Part shown: positions 1 through 9,956 of the stretch, in pieces
Layout of the letters: every line of letters begins with the position of its first letter
Position numbering within the stretch: the first letter of the stretch is position 1
Virus record (IMG/VR): IMGVR_UViG_3300036770_008442
Location: 64,255 to 128,254 of that record
DNA length: 64,000 bases
Strand: one strand, 5' to 3'
Source of the DNA: a virus
The notes under the pieces: generated by a model
Seen by the model: the letters and a program-made list of their open reading frames with translations, nothing else
Databases searched by the model: none
What the model was told of the DNA's origin: nothing
Program-made: the position numbers and the translations under genes

Positions 1-527
1 ACATAATCAATTATCTCCGAATCCGCATCTTCAAATGAACTGACTAGAACTTGATAAAGATTCTTCGTTGGAAGATTGATTTTTAGATTTAAAGAAACCT
101 CTACCCAATTGGATTTTTGTTTTTTTAATAGTGTATATATCGGAGATTCTTTGATCTCAGCTTTAGCAGAGGAAACATGATTTTTTCTAGTTTCTTGTTC
201 TTCTATTAAATAATTATTGGGTAAAATAGCTGGAGAAGATATTGGGATAATATCATCAGGAATAGGAATCGAGTATTGTTCCATGTACTCTTCTAGAATG
301 TCTAGATTTATCCTTTTACCACTCCTGAAAAGAACATAGGTCATACCCGTTGATTCGTCAATCTCAACATCTTTATATTTCTCAGATGATCCCATGCTTT
401 CACCTTTGATCCAAAGAAAAGTTTTTTCGGAGAGATCCGACTTAATTTCTTCTAAAGTTTTTTCCTTTATTTCCATATTTTTTTTTCTAGAGAAAATCGA
501 ATTTAACCATCTCATAAATTGAGACAT
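1..527 (-). CDS. Hypothetical protein, partial (runs off the window start)
   Basis: Not in the ORF track. Manual translation from ATG at 527 (MSQFMRWLNSIFSRKKNMEIKEKTLEE...) stays open to position 1. Confidence 0.7.
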   Translation of the reverse strand, partial: MSQFMRWLNSIFSRKKNMEIKEKTLEEIKSDLSEKTFLWIKGESMGSSEKYKDVEIDESTGMTYVLFRSGKRINLDILEEYMEQYSIPIPDDIIPISSPAILPNNYLIEEQETRKNHVSSAKAEIKESPIYTLLKKQKSNWVEVSLNLKINLPTKNLYQVLVSSFEDADSEIIDY

Positions 528-579
528 TAAGAAATATTTTAGTCACTATTCAGTAAAATAGTATCCAGGGGATTTAGAC

Positions 580-608
580 TTTTATATTCGATAAAGAAAT
601 TAAGTTCC
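580..608 (-). promoter_or_regulatory. Candidate ECF-type (middle) promoter GGAACT-N16-TATAAAA
   Basis: Variant of the GAAACT-N17-TAAAA motif, in the intergenic gap upstream of the 527 ORF. Confidence 0.4.
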
Positions 609-611
609 GAT

Positions 612-1538
612 TTATCTCTTATAAAATTTAGATCTCGCATCAGAATACATTTCCTCTATGTGTTTTACCGGTATAGTATTCTTTAAAGCATCCATGACTT
701 GAAGTATTTCCAGATGCTCTTTTTTATTTTTCTGTATATCTTCTTTAGAATTTGAATTATCCTTCCAGGTGTGATATTTCAATGATTTCAGCAGATAATC
801 CACCAATTTTTTCTGGCCTGGTTCCGTATCTAAACCTAAACAAACCTGAACGAGATAAGAGTCCATGGGTGAAGATAGCATATCCCCTATCGAGTCATGA
901 GAAGCCTCATACTTACAATGTTGGGTTTTATATTTACATAAAAAATCCCCTCCTGTTTTATTGATTACGAGACATGGATGAACATCAGAGTCCTTTTTGA
1001 AAAAAGAAATTTTCTTAAACAGATTAAGATCATCTTTCTTCAGTATCTCCACAAAATACCCATTTTCCAACTCGCATTCATAGGACTTTTGTCCGAGTCT
1101 ATGGATTTTTTTTACCCTTGAATCTAGACCTAGTGTATCCAGTAAAATTTCTAGATCGTCCGAAATTTGACTGAGCGGATCCTGAATTTTAGAAATTTTA
1201 GAAGTCAGATAATAATCAATGAAATCCTCAAATAATGCAGAGTTCCGATCGTCATTAAACCAATTCATATCGGTTTTTACTGTGATTACACTTTTGGAAT
1301 CTAGATCTTTTTTAGATATGCATTTAGAAGGAATTGATATTTTTTGATCCTTAAAATTAAAGGTCACATTTTCATCATCCTCGTCTAAAGAAATGCGGTC
1401 ATTGTTCCCATTTTTGGAGACCTTGATCTTCAGGGTGCCATCAATAAATGGACCTAATATCCCGGCTTCCTTTTTCGAAAAAGAACCTAGTGATTCTTTT
1501 TTCTTAAAATTTAAAAAGTTAACTGCTTTGTTACTCAT
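612..1538 (-). CDS. Hypothetical protein (308 aa)
   Basis: Long ORF coupled to the upstream gene; no recognisable family. Confidence 0.75.
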   Translation of the reverse strand: MSNKAVNFLNFKKKESLGSFSKKEAGILGPFIDGTLKIKVSKNGNNDRISLDEDDENVTFNFKDQKISIPSKCISKKDLDSKSVITVKTDMNWFNDDRNSALFEDFIDYYLTSKISKIQDPLSQISDDLEILLDTLGLDSRVKKIHRLGQKSYECELENGYFVEILKKDDLNLFKKISFFKKDSDVHPCLVINKTGGDFLCKYKTQHCKYEASHDSIGDMLSSPMDSYLVQVCLGLDTEPGQKKLVDYLLKSLKYHTWKDNSNSKEDIQKNKKEHLEILQVMDALKNTIPVKHIEEMYSDARSKFYKR

Positions 1539-1971
1539 TTTCCCCGAAAAATACGACTATATAAAAATCTTTTGGATTCATTGATTTTTTCATATCAATA
1601 GACAGTGAAACGGGATTGCTTGGAATAATTCTTTCCCCCTTTTTGCACAAAACCAAAGATGGATCAATATTCTCGCCTGGAACTATATCAAACTCAAACT
1701 CTTTTGGTGGATCTGGATATTGATCACAATAAATTTCAATTTCTATATTCGATATTTTGAAGGATAAGTCCTGAATTCCCTCTTTGGATCTTTGAATACT
1801 AACTTGATATTCAATCTCACACTTAAGGTCATCGACGTCAGTCAATTCGGGAGGTCTATTTGACAATTCAACATCCAAAAAAGAAAGATCACAAAAAAAA
1901 GTGTGATCACTCGAAAAGTTTTTATTTTTAGAAACGCTGTATGAATTATAGTCCTGAATTCTAGCCATCAA
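1531..1971 (-). CDS. Hypothetical protein (146 aa), late-promoter associated
   Basis: ORF preceded by GATATATA at 1992-1999. Confidence 0.75.
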   Translation of the reverse strand: MMARIQDYNSYSVSKNKNFSSDHTFFCDLSFLDVELSNRPPELTDVDDLKCEIEYQVSIQRSKEGIQDLSFKISNIEIEIYCDQYPDPPKEFEFDIVPGENIDPSLVLCKKGERIIPSNPVSLSIDMKKSMNPKDFYIVVFFGENE

Positions 1972-1991
1972 AAATCGGGTATTTTACTGCC

Positions 1992-1999
1992 TATATATC
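1992..1999 (-). promoter_or_regulatory. Late promoter motif GATATATA
   Basis: Recurrent octamer about 20 nt upstream of the start codon; analogue of the T4 late TATAAATA. Confidence 0.6.
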
Positions 2000-2062
2000 C
2001 AATAAAAAAATACTATTTCTTTCCAAATCGGATTTTCTAAATCTGAATATATAAAATAAAAT

Positions 2063-2800
2063 ATGCGTACCATGAAGGATTTAAAAGCAACATGGTTTAT
2101 CGAAAATCCTATTGATCAAGAACATAAGCAATATCTGCTGCTTGACTTTCTAAAGAGTGTTAATCAGGATATTTACGACGAAGACATTTACTATCCGATT
2201 AAAAGAATTTTTTCTATGATCAAGGAACTCACCTATTCTAGAATTCTAATTCAGGAAGGAAATGAAATTTCATCCAAAAAATTAAACAGAGAATTAGAAG
2301 CCATCAACAAATACATTCAGGAAGCAAACTTATCAACAGAGGAAAAAGAGGAATGTCTAAAAATCATCGAATCTTCCCTCTCAATTTTATACAAGTATGC
2401 AGAACTCGGAATGGAGTTATGGAAAAATATAGAGAAGAGAATCAGAACTTATGATCTGCAAACAGCCAAAAAATCAGATCATCAAGAATATGGGATCTTG
2501 CTTTTTCGAAACATGGCTTCGGATAAAATTTATCCCTACTGGTGGCAAAAAGAGAAAACAAATTCAGGATCAAAGGGTGGAACCCTTTTAAAATATGTAG
2601 AAATTAAAAATCCATATTTTATATTATCCTATGAGTTCTGTGTTCATGAAATTATCGAATCCATGGGATTAAAAGATAAAAGGGATCCAGTAATCACGAT
2701 CATGGAGGTATATGAAGATTTCAATAAAGAATCTGTGATTTTGAAAATAGCAAAAGAGCTATTCATAAGAAAAATATACCTCGAGGAGAATCAAAGATAA
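2063..2800 (+). CDS. Hypothetical protein (245 aa); the only substantial plus-strand gene
   Basis: Long ORF filling an otherwise empty gap; AATATATA at 2046-2053 upstream; start may be the ATG at 2072. Confidence 0.8.
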   Translation: MRTMKDLKATWFIENPIDQEHKQYLLLDFLKSVNQDIYDEDIYYPIKRIFSMIKELTYSRILIQEGNEISSKKLNRELEAINKYIQEANLSTEEKEECLKIIESSLSILYKYAELGMELWKNIEKRIRTYDLQTAKKSDHQEYGILLFRNMASDKIYPYWWQKEKTNSGSKGGTLLKYVEIKNPYFILSYEFCVHEIIESMGLKDKRDPVITIMEVYEDFNKESVILKIAKELFIRKIYLEENQR

Positions 2801-2802
2801 AT

Positions 2803-3471
2803 TTATTGGGATTCTTTCCAAACATTATCTATGAGTGAAAATCCTTGGTGTTGAACTGCTAATCTTTCTTTGATGATTGCAAATCTAGAATTTCCACTAG
2901 ACCAAAAAGCCTCATTAAACCAAATATCAGGACTATCCCAAGATAAATTTTCTAAAGCATTTAAAATAATCTGTCTAGAACTTTGGGGTATAACCACACA
3001 ATGGGCCAGGATAATCTTGTTAGTGATGTAGAAATTCAGATTCTCCTGATCAAACTCTATATAAGGAGATTGTAAATGACCATTAACGTATCTCGATCCA
3101 AGAGAAAGATAATGCGCCTTCTTTTCATTCAAAAATTCCAAACCCTCCTTCAGTCTATTCACAAATTCATCATGGCTACATACTAGGATACAATCACATT
3201 CACAGAGTACTAAAGCTTCAATGTCCTCTGTAAAATTATCCAGGATAGCCTTTTTAAAAGACTGAAATGCTCCATAATGACCCGGACCGTGATTAGTAAA
3301 AGGTGATTGAGTTACGGCAGGAATTTTTTTCCAATCTTCTCCAGAGTATCTTTGATTGATCTGTTGAATGTAATTAATACCCATATTTCCCAAAGGAGAA
3401 AGGGATTTAATAGATTCCTGTTCTCTCTCCGTGTCTACCTCCGTTAGAATATGAACCAGTTTTATATTCAT
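2803..3471 (-). CDS. Putative glycosyltransferase (GT-A fold, GT25-like)
   Basis: GHYGAFQSF...ALVLCECDC resembles the GT25 G-x-x-G...S / EDD motifs, plus PDIW and AVQHQGFSLID. Start moved to ATG 3471 because 3489-3559 is a tRNA-like element. Confidence 0.55.
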   Translation of the reverse strand: MNIKLVHILTEVDTEREQESIKSLSPLGNMGINYIQQINQRYSGEDWKKIPAVTQSPFTNHGPGHYGAFQSFKKAILDNFTEDIEALVLCECDCILVCSHDEFVNRLKEGLEFLNEKKAHYLSLGSRYVNGHLQSPYIEFDQENLNFYITNKIILAHCVVIPQSSRQIILNALENLSWDSPDIWFNEAFWSSGNSRFAIIKERLAVQHQGFSLIDNVWKESQ

Positions 3472-3488
3472 GATAACAATTAAAATTG

Positions 3489-3559
3489 ACAGGATAGCAG
3501 GATTCGAACCTGCATTTCTGCACACTTCACAGATGCGCTACCCATTGCGCTTTATCCCG
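3489..3559 (-). tRNA. tRNA-like element with a tRNA-Pro-type body and non-canonical anticodon loop (possible pseudo-tRNA)
   Basis: CGGGATA-AA-GCGC AATGGGTA GCGC-A-TCTGT GAAGTGT GCAGA-AAT-GCAGG TTCGAAT CCTGC-TATCCTG-T folds as a cloverleaf with a perfect T-arm; lacks U8, U33 and an encoded CCA. Confidence 0.7.
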
Positions 3560-3596
3560 AAATAAGATTTGTAAAAATAGGATAATCGAATTCCAA

Positions 3597-3965
3597 TTAG
3601 AATTTGTTGGAATCAAATTCATTTAATCTAGAAATGAAGAACTCATAAGATTCATTTTCCGAAGTGTCCATAGTGGCTCTCATCCCAGGATCAATATTAG
3701 TGCTTCCGACCCCGTTAATATAATTTCTTTCGCCAAAAGCATTATATCCTGGAACCTGTATTCCGGCTTTTTCTGGTGAAAAAACAGCATCTGCATATCC
3801 AACCCAATCGTAAGCAGGCTCTCTCTTTATCTTATGTAATCCAGATCTGCCCTCTGTACTTGTCTGATTTTCTTCAGAAAATGGTTTAAAATTTTCATCG
3901 TGGACTTTTTTTCTGAATTGATCAAAGTCTAATATTTCTCTTTTAGAAACGTCGTTTATATTCAT
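3597..3965 (-). CDS. Hypothetical protein, possible head-packaged protein
   Basis: ORF with ILDFDQF and ISRLNEF motifs similar to other late proteins here. Confidence 0.7.
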   Translation of the reverse strand: MNINDVSKREILDFDQFRKKVHDENFKPFSEENQTSTEGRSGLHKIKREPAYDWVGYADAVFSPEKAGIQVPGYNAFGERNYINGVGSTNIDPGMRATMDTSENESYEFFISRLNEFDSNKF

Positions 3966-3977
3966 GACAAATTAAGA

Positions 3978-4631
3978 TTAAGTGAATGCTTTAGCTTCTT
4001 TTGCTCCCCCAGTAGATAAACTAGATAATCTAGATAGAAAATCATCCACCATATTACCCGATTTTTCAGATTGACCAGATTTAGACTGAAGAGCGCTTTC
4101 CATTTTAGACCTTTCTGATGGAGTAAGATTTTTAGCAAATTGATCCTGAGATTCTGGTTGAAACCCAGTAAAGGCTTCCAAATAAAATTTTTCTAGGGAT
4201 TTTCTAAATTGTTCCCTTTTAACTTGATTACTAAATAATTCGGAGATAGTTTTATAAATCAGCCCTTTATTATCGATCCCCAATTTTTCAGCTATTCCAT
4301 CTAGACCCATTTCTACTAAAAATTCCATAGTTGCGTCTGCTGCTTTAGGAGCTAAATATCCAGCTTTAGCTTTACCCTGGAAGATAATTATGAAATAATC
4401 TGTTACTGGTATCTGCTCAATAAAATTCTGAACTAGTTTACTAAAAATAGAATCTTCATTTATTCCTAGCATAGAAAGAAGATAAGCAGTAACCTTAGCC
4501 TTAAAAACATCTCCTATGGAAGTTGCAATAGAACTAAATCCAGATCCAATAGACCCAAAGAAATCCTTTAAGTCCTCATTCATATCAAGGGATCCGTTTT
4601 TATTTATACGAAATTCATGAAAAGTCATCAT
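3978..4631 (-). CDS. Hypothetical protein, possible head-packaged protein
   Basis: ORF-track 3978..4661; start likely MMTFHEFR at 4631, since GATATATA lies at 4652-4659. Confidence 0.75.
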   Translation of the reverse strand: MMTFHEFRINKNGSLDMNEDLKDFFGSIGSGFSSIATSIGDVFKAKVTAYLLSMLGINEDSIFSKLVQNFIEQIPVTDYFIIIFQGKAKAGYLAPKAADATMEFLVEMGLDGIAEKLGIDNKGLIYKTISELFSNQVKREQFRKSLEKFYLEAFTGFQPESQDQFAKNLTPSERSKMESALQSKSGQSEKSGNMVDDFLSRLSSLSTGGAKEAKAFT

Positions 4632-4677
4632 AGATGAATATCTTTTTCTCTTATATATCAAAAGAAAATAGATTTAT

Positions 4678-6072
4678 TTAATCCATGAAAGAGTCAACTA
4701 CTTTTTGTCTATAATTTATCTTGTCAATCTTTATATCTGGATTTTTTAGAGCTTCTTTATCACGATAAACTATCTCATGGGGTAGAAGAACGTCAAAAGT
4801 ATCCTTCAGAATTTTTTTATTCTTTCTCCATTCTAAAGGAAGGTGTAAAGCAAATCTAACTATGTCTAAATTTAAAAAAGGATTACGTAGCTCAAGAGTG
4901 TGGGCCATTGAAAGTTTATCCAGTCTAGGCAAATGATAATAGCTCAGCTCGTCAAAAATATCTGATTTTTGGGAGTCATACTCGTTGATTCTTCTATATC
5001 CTCCAAAAAGTTCGTCTGATCCATCCCCGCTTAGAACTATTCGATACCCTCCAAATTTTTTAACAGCTTCAAAAAGATAGTACTGAGGTATAACAGATCC
5101 AAGATCTATAGGTCCCTCGTTCCATTTTTTGTAAATCTCAGAGTTTTTCTCCTCTGTCATAGAGTAATCCAAAAAAGTAATCTCTCGGGAAAGTCTTGAA
5201 GCAAGAAGATTGACATATTCAGTCTCTCCATTTTCAATACTAAACCATTTTACATCAGATCCAATCTGATCCAAAATGGATGCTATAATAGAAGAATCTA
5301 GTCCCCCGGAAACAAGAAGAGAGACGGGGAAATCCTTGGAAATAAGACGATTTGAAACAGATTCAAACATTTTACCCCAGAGCCACTCCATGTGATCTTC
5401 ATAGCTTGCCCCGATCAATTCCGAAATAGGATGATCAAATCCCTTATAATATTCGGGATATTCCGTTTTAAATTCCGGGTAATCTAATTGGTAATAATAG
5501 AGAGTGTTTGGTAGAAATCTTTTGACCTCCTGGTATGTGGTTCGATTGTTTGTGTTATATCCCCACTTTCTAATCTGTCCCATAGTCACTTGATCTATCT
5601 CGCTATTAGAACTAGTTAAGCCCTTAATCTCAGAACAGATCTCGCCTAAGTTATTGTAATATAAAGGTTTTTTGCCTAATGGATCGGTAAAGCAAATAAC
5701 GCTATTATCCGTAGCATCATAGATAACGATTGCCCAAAAACCATCCCAGGTTTGGATTTCAGGCAAAAAGAGGGAGCAAAACATTTCAAAAGATCCGCCC
5801 CTATATCTAGAAAAAAGTTGATACAAATATTCACTATCTGACGAAAATCTTTCCCTGTCATAGTTGAATATTTCACCATTGAATAGAAGAAATATTCCCT
5901 CTGAAATTTCAAAAGGCTGTTTCCATGAATCCCCATCCTTAGTTTGAATGGGAAGTCTGTGGTGACACAAATACCATTCATTTTTAGAGATTACATTTCT
6001 TTCTATTCCTCGATGACTAATTGAATTTAGGTTAGTCTCCGTTCCTGTTTGAGTGATTAATATTCCGCACAT
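4678..6072 (-). CDS. asnB: Asparagine synthetase B-like glutamine-dependent amidotransferase
   Basis: N-terminal MCGI Ntn nucleophile, HRG, FNGEIFNY, SGGLDSS PP-loop, SGDGSDELFGGY, ELRNPFL. Confidence 0.92.
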   Translation of the reverse strand: MCGILITQTGTETNLNSISHRGIERNVISKNEWYLCHHRLPIQTKDGDSWKQPFEISEGIFLLFNGEIFNYDRERFSSDSEYLYQLFSRYRGGSFEMFCSLFLPEIQTWDGFWAIVIYDATDNSVICFTDPLGKKPLYYNNLGEICSEIKGLTSSNSEIDQVTMGQIRKWGYNTNNRTTYQEVKRFLPNTLYYYQLDYPEFKTEYPEYYKGFDHPISELIGASYEDHMEWLWGKMFESVSNRLISKDFPVSLLVSGGLDSSIIASILDQIGSDVKWFSIENGETEYVNLLASRLSREITFLDYSMTEEKNSEIYKKWNEGPIDLGSVIPQYYLFEAVKKFGGYRIVLSGDGSDELFGGYRRINEYDSQKSDIFDELSYYHLPRLDKLSMAHTLELRNPFLNLDIVRFALHLPLEWRKNKKILKDTFDVLLPHEIVYRDKEALKNPDIKIDKINYRQKVVDSFMD

Positions 6073-6073
6073 A

Positions 6074-6610
6074 TTATAAATTCTCTAATTGCTTATAGAC
6101 CTTGTAGTCAAAAGTGTTCTGAATTTCTTTGACCTTAATTTTATAAGAGGAAGATAGAGTCTGAATAAAATCATCCATGATATTTTTCTCATCCTGGAGA
6201 CCATCTCTGAAATCCCAATTATCTTTATCCCTTTTGTTTTGATTTGGATTATTCCCTGTAACATAAACAATTTGGCAATTCTTTAAAAGACCCTGCTGGT
6301 TGATCATCTGAAGCTCGGAAAAAGCTTTGGCTTCGGAAATTCTGCCCGACATCACACCCCAAGTAAGAACTGTTAAAATTCCCCTATCCAAAATAAAATC
6401 AGGCAGAATACCATCCCTATTTAATTGAAGGAGCATAAGTTCTTTACCCAGAGCAAAGTCATGTGTTCTCTCACCATTATCAGGTAATTTAAGAGAATTG
6501 AACCAGAAAGCAAAATCGAATTTAAAAACAGGAATTGCTTTTAAAAGAGAATATTTATCCACTAAAAAAGTTTTACCCGAGTTTCTGGGTCCTTCAAAGA
6601 TTGTGATCAT
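6074..6610 (-). CDS. P-loop nucleoside monophosphate kinase (thymidylate-kinase-like)
   Basis: IIFEGPRNSGKT Walker A and ILDRG motif. Confidence 0.75.
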   Translation of the reverse strand: MITIFEGPRNSGKTFLVDKYSLLKAIPVFKFDFAFWFNSLKLPDNGERTHDFALGKELMLLQLNRDGILPDFILDRGILTVLTWGVMSGRISEAKAFSELQMINQQGLLKNCQIVYVTGNNPNQNKRDKDNWDFRDGLQDEKNIMDDFIQTLSSSYKIKVKEIQNTFDYKVYKQLENL

Positions 6611-6622
6611 TAAATCTTTTGT

Positions 6623-7480
6623 TTAAATTCTTACAGCATAAGGAGAGATAGATTTCCACAATTCATGATTAAGCCAAACAGAAACAGATTCATCCTCTAG
6701 CCGTAGACGACGATCCTTAAAAACATATTTAGGAAAATCTGCAGGCAGATTTTTATCTAGGATGTGCTTATACATAAGGCATCCTAAAACCTGCTGCTCC
6801 GGACAGAGATGAGTAAAATCAGGATAGGGATTTGGATCAGGAAATTTGGTTAGAAGATTCTTATTTGAGCAGAGGTCCAGATATTCTTTAAAAAAAGATC
6901 TGGACCTTTGAGTATTTCGAATGAAAATCCGGCTAGAAGCTACTTCTCTGCATCTGGAAACTATTTCAGATTTTTGGGGATCTCCTATAATAAAATCTGT
7001 AGTGTATCTTTTTCCATGCATAGATATAAGAGGAACCCTATCTTCATTATATTCAAAAGGAAAGAAGAAATCTGATTGATTAGAATCAAGTAAAAAATTT
7101 ACAGTCTCTCTTATTTTGGGCCAATCTGTTTGCCAATATTGAGGGTATTTAGAAAAGTTACAATCGTGATAAATTAATAAAGATCCCTCCGGGATTGTCT
7201 CCAAAGTTGTGTGAATAAGAAATGATTTAAAGTCTCCACATCCTATCGAGCTTAATCCCGGATTCATAGGAAATTCATCGGGATAAGAATTACAAAATCC
7301 CTCAGATCCAGGAATAGATTTAAGTGTTCTGGGGGTGTGAATAAAGATCTCGTCAAAATATTCCCCGAATAAAGATTTAAGATCGATAGAATTTTGAGAT
7401 AGATTCAGTCCATTGTCAAAAGGAGGACCCTCCGTACAAAAAGTTAAAAAGTATATTTTCTCCATCCTATTTAAATTCAC
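6623..7480 (-). CDS. Putative glycosyltransferase-like protein
   Basis: FKSFLI...LLIYHDCN (DxD-like) and HLCPEQQVL resemble GT-A enzymes in viral glycan clusters. Confidence 0.5.
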   Translation of the reverse strand: MNLNRMEKIYFLTFCTEGPPFDNGLNLSQNSIDLKSLFGEYFDEIFIHTPRTLKSIPGSEGFCNSYPDEFPMNPGLSSIGCGDFKSFLIHTTLETIPEGSLLIYHDCNFSKYPQYWQTDWPKIRETVNFLLDSNQSDFFFPFEYNEDRVPLISMHGKRYTTDFIIGDPQKSEIVSRCREVASSRIFIRNTQRSRSFFKEYLDLCSNKNLLTKFPDPNPYPDFTHLCPEQQVLGCLMYKHILDKNLPADFPKYVFKDRRLRLEDESVSVWLNHELWKSISPYAVRI

Positions 7481-7513
7481 ATCCTTGTATCAAAATCCCC
7501 TAAAATATTTCAT

Positions 7514-7543
7514 AAAAAAAGCAGAAACGAATTCTGCTTTTTT
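7514..7543. terminator. Bidirectional intrinsic terminator
   Basis: AAAAAAAGCAGAA-acgaa-TTCTGCTTTTTT hairpin with A and T tracts, downstream of the 797-aa gene. Confidence 0.7.
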
Positions 7544-7562
7544 AAAATTAGTATGGGGCCAT

Positions 7563-9956
7563 TTAAGATTTTTTCGGCTCAATAATAAAAATAGAATTAC
7601 CCAGATCTCCTGATATTGAGTCTTTATCTATGATTGACATCCTTTTCAGATGATTCTTTTTGCTCTTGAGAATGGCTGGGATTTTTTTAACAGTCTGATA
7701 AACTCTAGAGGTGTGTTGATCCCCCATATCTCCATCCATGTCCCAGCATTCCATACATTGAGAATTATTCGCATCTTCTTTAACGGGAGAGAGTGAACAC
7801 ATTGACTCCTGAACCATCGAAGATCCAGATTTAAACATGGGATTTTTTGTCATCTTTTCGAGAATCTCCTGAGTTTCAATTCCAAATTTTTCAAGCATCA
7901 TTTCTAATGCACATCCCCATTTTTCTTTTTTCTTATCATAAGAAACTAAAGGAGAAAGAAAAACAATATTATTATAGAGAAATCTTTGCTCGGAGGGGGA
8001 AAGTTTGTCCAAGTGAATATCATCCCCGCAAATTCCATGAACGGAAGAGCAAATGGAATCTAAAGATTTCGGGGGAATAAATCCTCTTTGAATGTGATCC
8101 GAAGCAGGCTTCAGAGAATCATGACAGGATCGATATGGTGATTCCATCTCTTTCAAATGGCTTTTTGCAAGATCTGCATTTTTTCCAAAGACTCCATCGA
8201 TGGGTTTACATTTAGTTTCCTTATCAACACCGCAAAAATTCTTGTAATATGAGGTGTAAAGATTGCCATAATCTTTGACATCATCTTCTTCCGTACCAAT
8301 CATAGAAGAGTATTTAGCCCAGTTTAAAGGCTTGTTAACATTAGATGTCAATTTTTTGGTGGGATATAAAGATCCAGGTCCCTTTTCATCCGCAATAAAG
8401 AAGTAGGCAAACTCCTTGTCATTGTTTACAGTATCAGTCCAAGCTGTGACAAAATCCGCAGGATATGATCCTTTAAGACTTCCATCTTCTCTCAAGAAAT
8501 CCTCAGCCTCTGCGTTTTTATTATATCCCTTTACTCTTAAAGATTTTGCCAGCTTTTCTGCAAGCAACGAATCGGAGGGCTTGCTGCTTTCTTCGTTAAA
8601 AGTGCCAAGCTCATCCTGGTATTTTTTAATCTCATTTTCTATTTTTTCAGGATCCAAATAAGTTTTATTTTCAAACGTTCTCATAAATGAATCGACATTT
8701 AAAACAAAGGACTCCGACAAATTAGCATAAGAAGATCTCAGTTTTTCAAGGGAATCCTTTATCCCCTGTTTATCATCACCAGAAACCTGGTCTAGCTTAA
8801 GAATTGAATCAACAAAGGATCTATCAACTTCTCCGTTAGAATTCTTATTGCCCATAACACTTTGTATGGATTTTATAGCAACAGAGGTAGAAGATTCAAA
8901 TTTACCATTAGCTCCACCTGATGGATTTAAGATGCTTTTAATTGGTGCATAAGCATCGATTAAAGCCTTTTGAATCGATTTTATAAGATCTGAATTTTTT
9001 AATCTGGCATCTGAATCTTTATCTCCCATCTTCAAAGGAAAAACCCGATCATTCATCTTAGATTCTTTTTCATCCATATCATCTCTCATTTTGGACTGAA
9101 TTATACCTTCCTGAGTATATGCTTTGGTATAAGAATCTAAAGCTTGAGTTAAAAGATCATTGACATCCCCCATTTTTTTCATAAGATCCTCATTTTTCTG
9201 GATCTTCTGCATAATGAGTTCAGATGACTTAACTATATAATTGTGATACTCCTGAGATAGATTATCCACTTTTTTCTCTAAGTCCAAAAGCTCTTTTCTA
9301 TCTGAATCAGAAACCACATTTTTCTTATCAAAAGATAATCCATCTAATTTTTGATCAAGTTGGGAAAAGATCCTTTGCCAATCCCTTCCATATCCAGATT
9401 TGGCATCTTTGCCCTTGGAATCTATAATCAGAGATGTTAGAATTTTTTTTAACCTATTGTATCTTCCGCTATGGCCAATTCCTAAACTCTCATTCAGTTG
9501 TGACTTTGCAATCAAATTTATTCCAACTAAAATTCTTTCAAGAATTTTTTCCAGAATTTCAATAGTTTTAGCCTCTAGGGAAGAATCAATTTCAATCATC
9601 CTGGAAATAGTTTCCCCCGTTTCTTTCATGGCCTGAAGATAAAGCTGTTTGTTTTCTGCATAAACAGGATCTACAACCTCAGTTTCAGAAGCAATATCTT
9701 TTAGCTTAGCCAGCAGATTTTTAAACTTGGGGGATCCCTTAATAACTTCGACTTTTTTGCTAAAAGATTCCGGATTTCTATTTTTATCCGGAGCTAAATC
9801 AAAGACTATTTTCTTAAATATTCCAGCTAGAATCTCTGCCGACTTTTTAGAAAGATCGATAGCTTCAGAACTCTCATTGAGCATAAAAGAACTAGAAAAA
9901 ATAGATCTAGCAGCAGGATTGTTTCTTAAATAATCGGTTCTCATTTTTTTATTCAA
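7563..9956 (-). CDS. Virion-associated protein with an internal peptidoglycan-binding (PG_binding_1-like) domain
   Basis: FPLKMGD...IKSIQKAL...ANGKFESSTSVAIKSIQ...NGEVD three-helix PGBD pattern; several LNES/LSES sites. Confidence 0.65.
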   Translation of the reverse strand: MNKKMRTDYLRNNPAARSIFSSSFMLNESSEAIDLSKKSAEILAGIFKKIVFDLAPDKNRNPESFSKKVEVIKGSPKFKNLLAKLKDIASETEVVDPVYAENKQLYLQAMKETGETISRMIEIDSSLEAKTIEILEKILERILVGINLIAKSQLNESLGIGHSGRYNRLKKILTSLIIDSKGKDAKSGYGRDWQRIFSQLDQKLDGLSFDKKNVVSDSDRKELLDLEKKVDNLSQEYHNYIVKSSELIMQKIQKNEDLMKKMGDVNDLLTQALDSYTKAYTQEGIIQSKMRDDMDEKESKMNDRVFPLKMGDKDSDARLKNSDLIKSIQKALIDAYAPIKSILNPSGGANGKFESSTSVAIKSIQSVMGNKNSNGEVDRSFVDSILKLDQVSGDDKQGIKDSLEKLRSSYANLSESFVLNVDSFMRTFENKTYLDPEKIENEIKKYQDELGTFNEESSKPSDSLLAEKLAKSLRVKGYNKNAEAEDFLREDGSLKGSYPADFVTAWTDTVNNDKEFAYFFIADEKGPGSLYPTKKLTSNVNKPLNWAKYSSMIGTEEDDVKDYGNLYTSYYKNFCGVDKETKCKPIDGVFGKNADLAKSHLKEMESPYRSCHDSLKPASDHIQRGFIPPKSLDSICSSVHGICGDDIHLDKLSPSEQRFLYNNIVFLSPLVSYDKKKEKWGCALEMMLEKFGIETQEILEKMTKNPMFKSGSSMVQESMCSLSPVKEDANNSQCMECWDMDGDMGDQHTSRVYQTVKKIPAILKSKKNHLKRMSIIDKDSISGDLGNSIFIIEPKKS

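Noticed and set aside
134-141. GATATATA inside the first partial ORF as a late promoter
   Set aside because: It falls within coding sequence (SPIYT) and the downstream gene is outside the window, so it cannot be judged
3472-3525. ORF-track N-terminal extension MCRNAGSNPAILS of the 2803 gene
   Set aside because: It is a translation of the tRNA-like element's T-arm; the ATG at 3471 is the likely start
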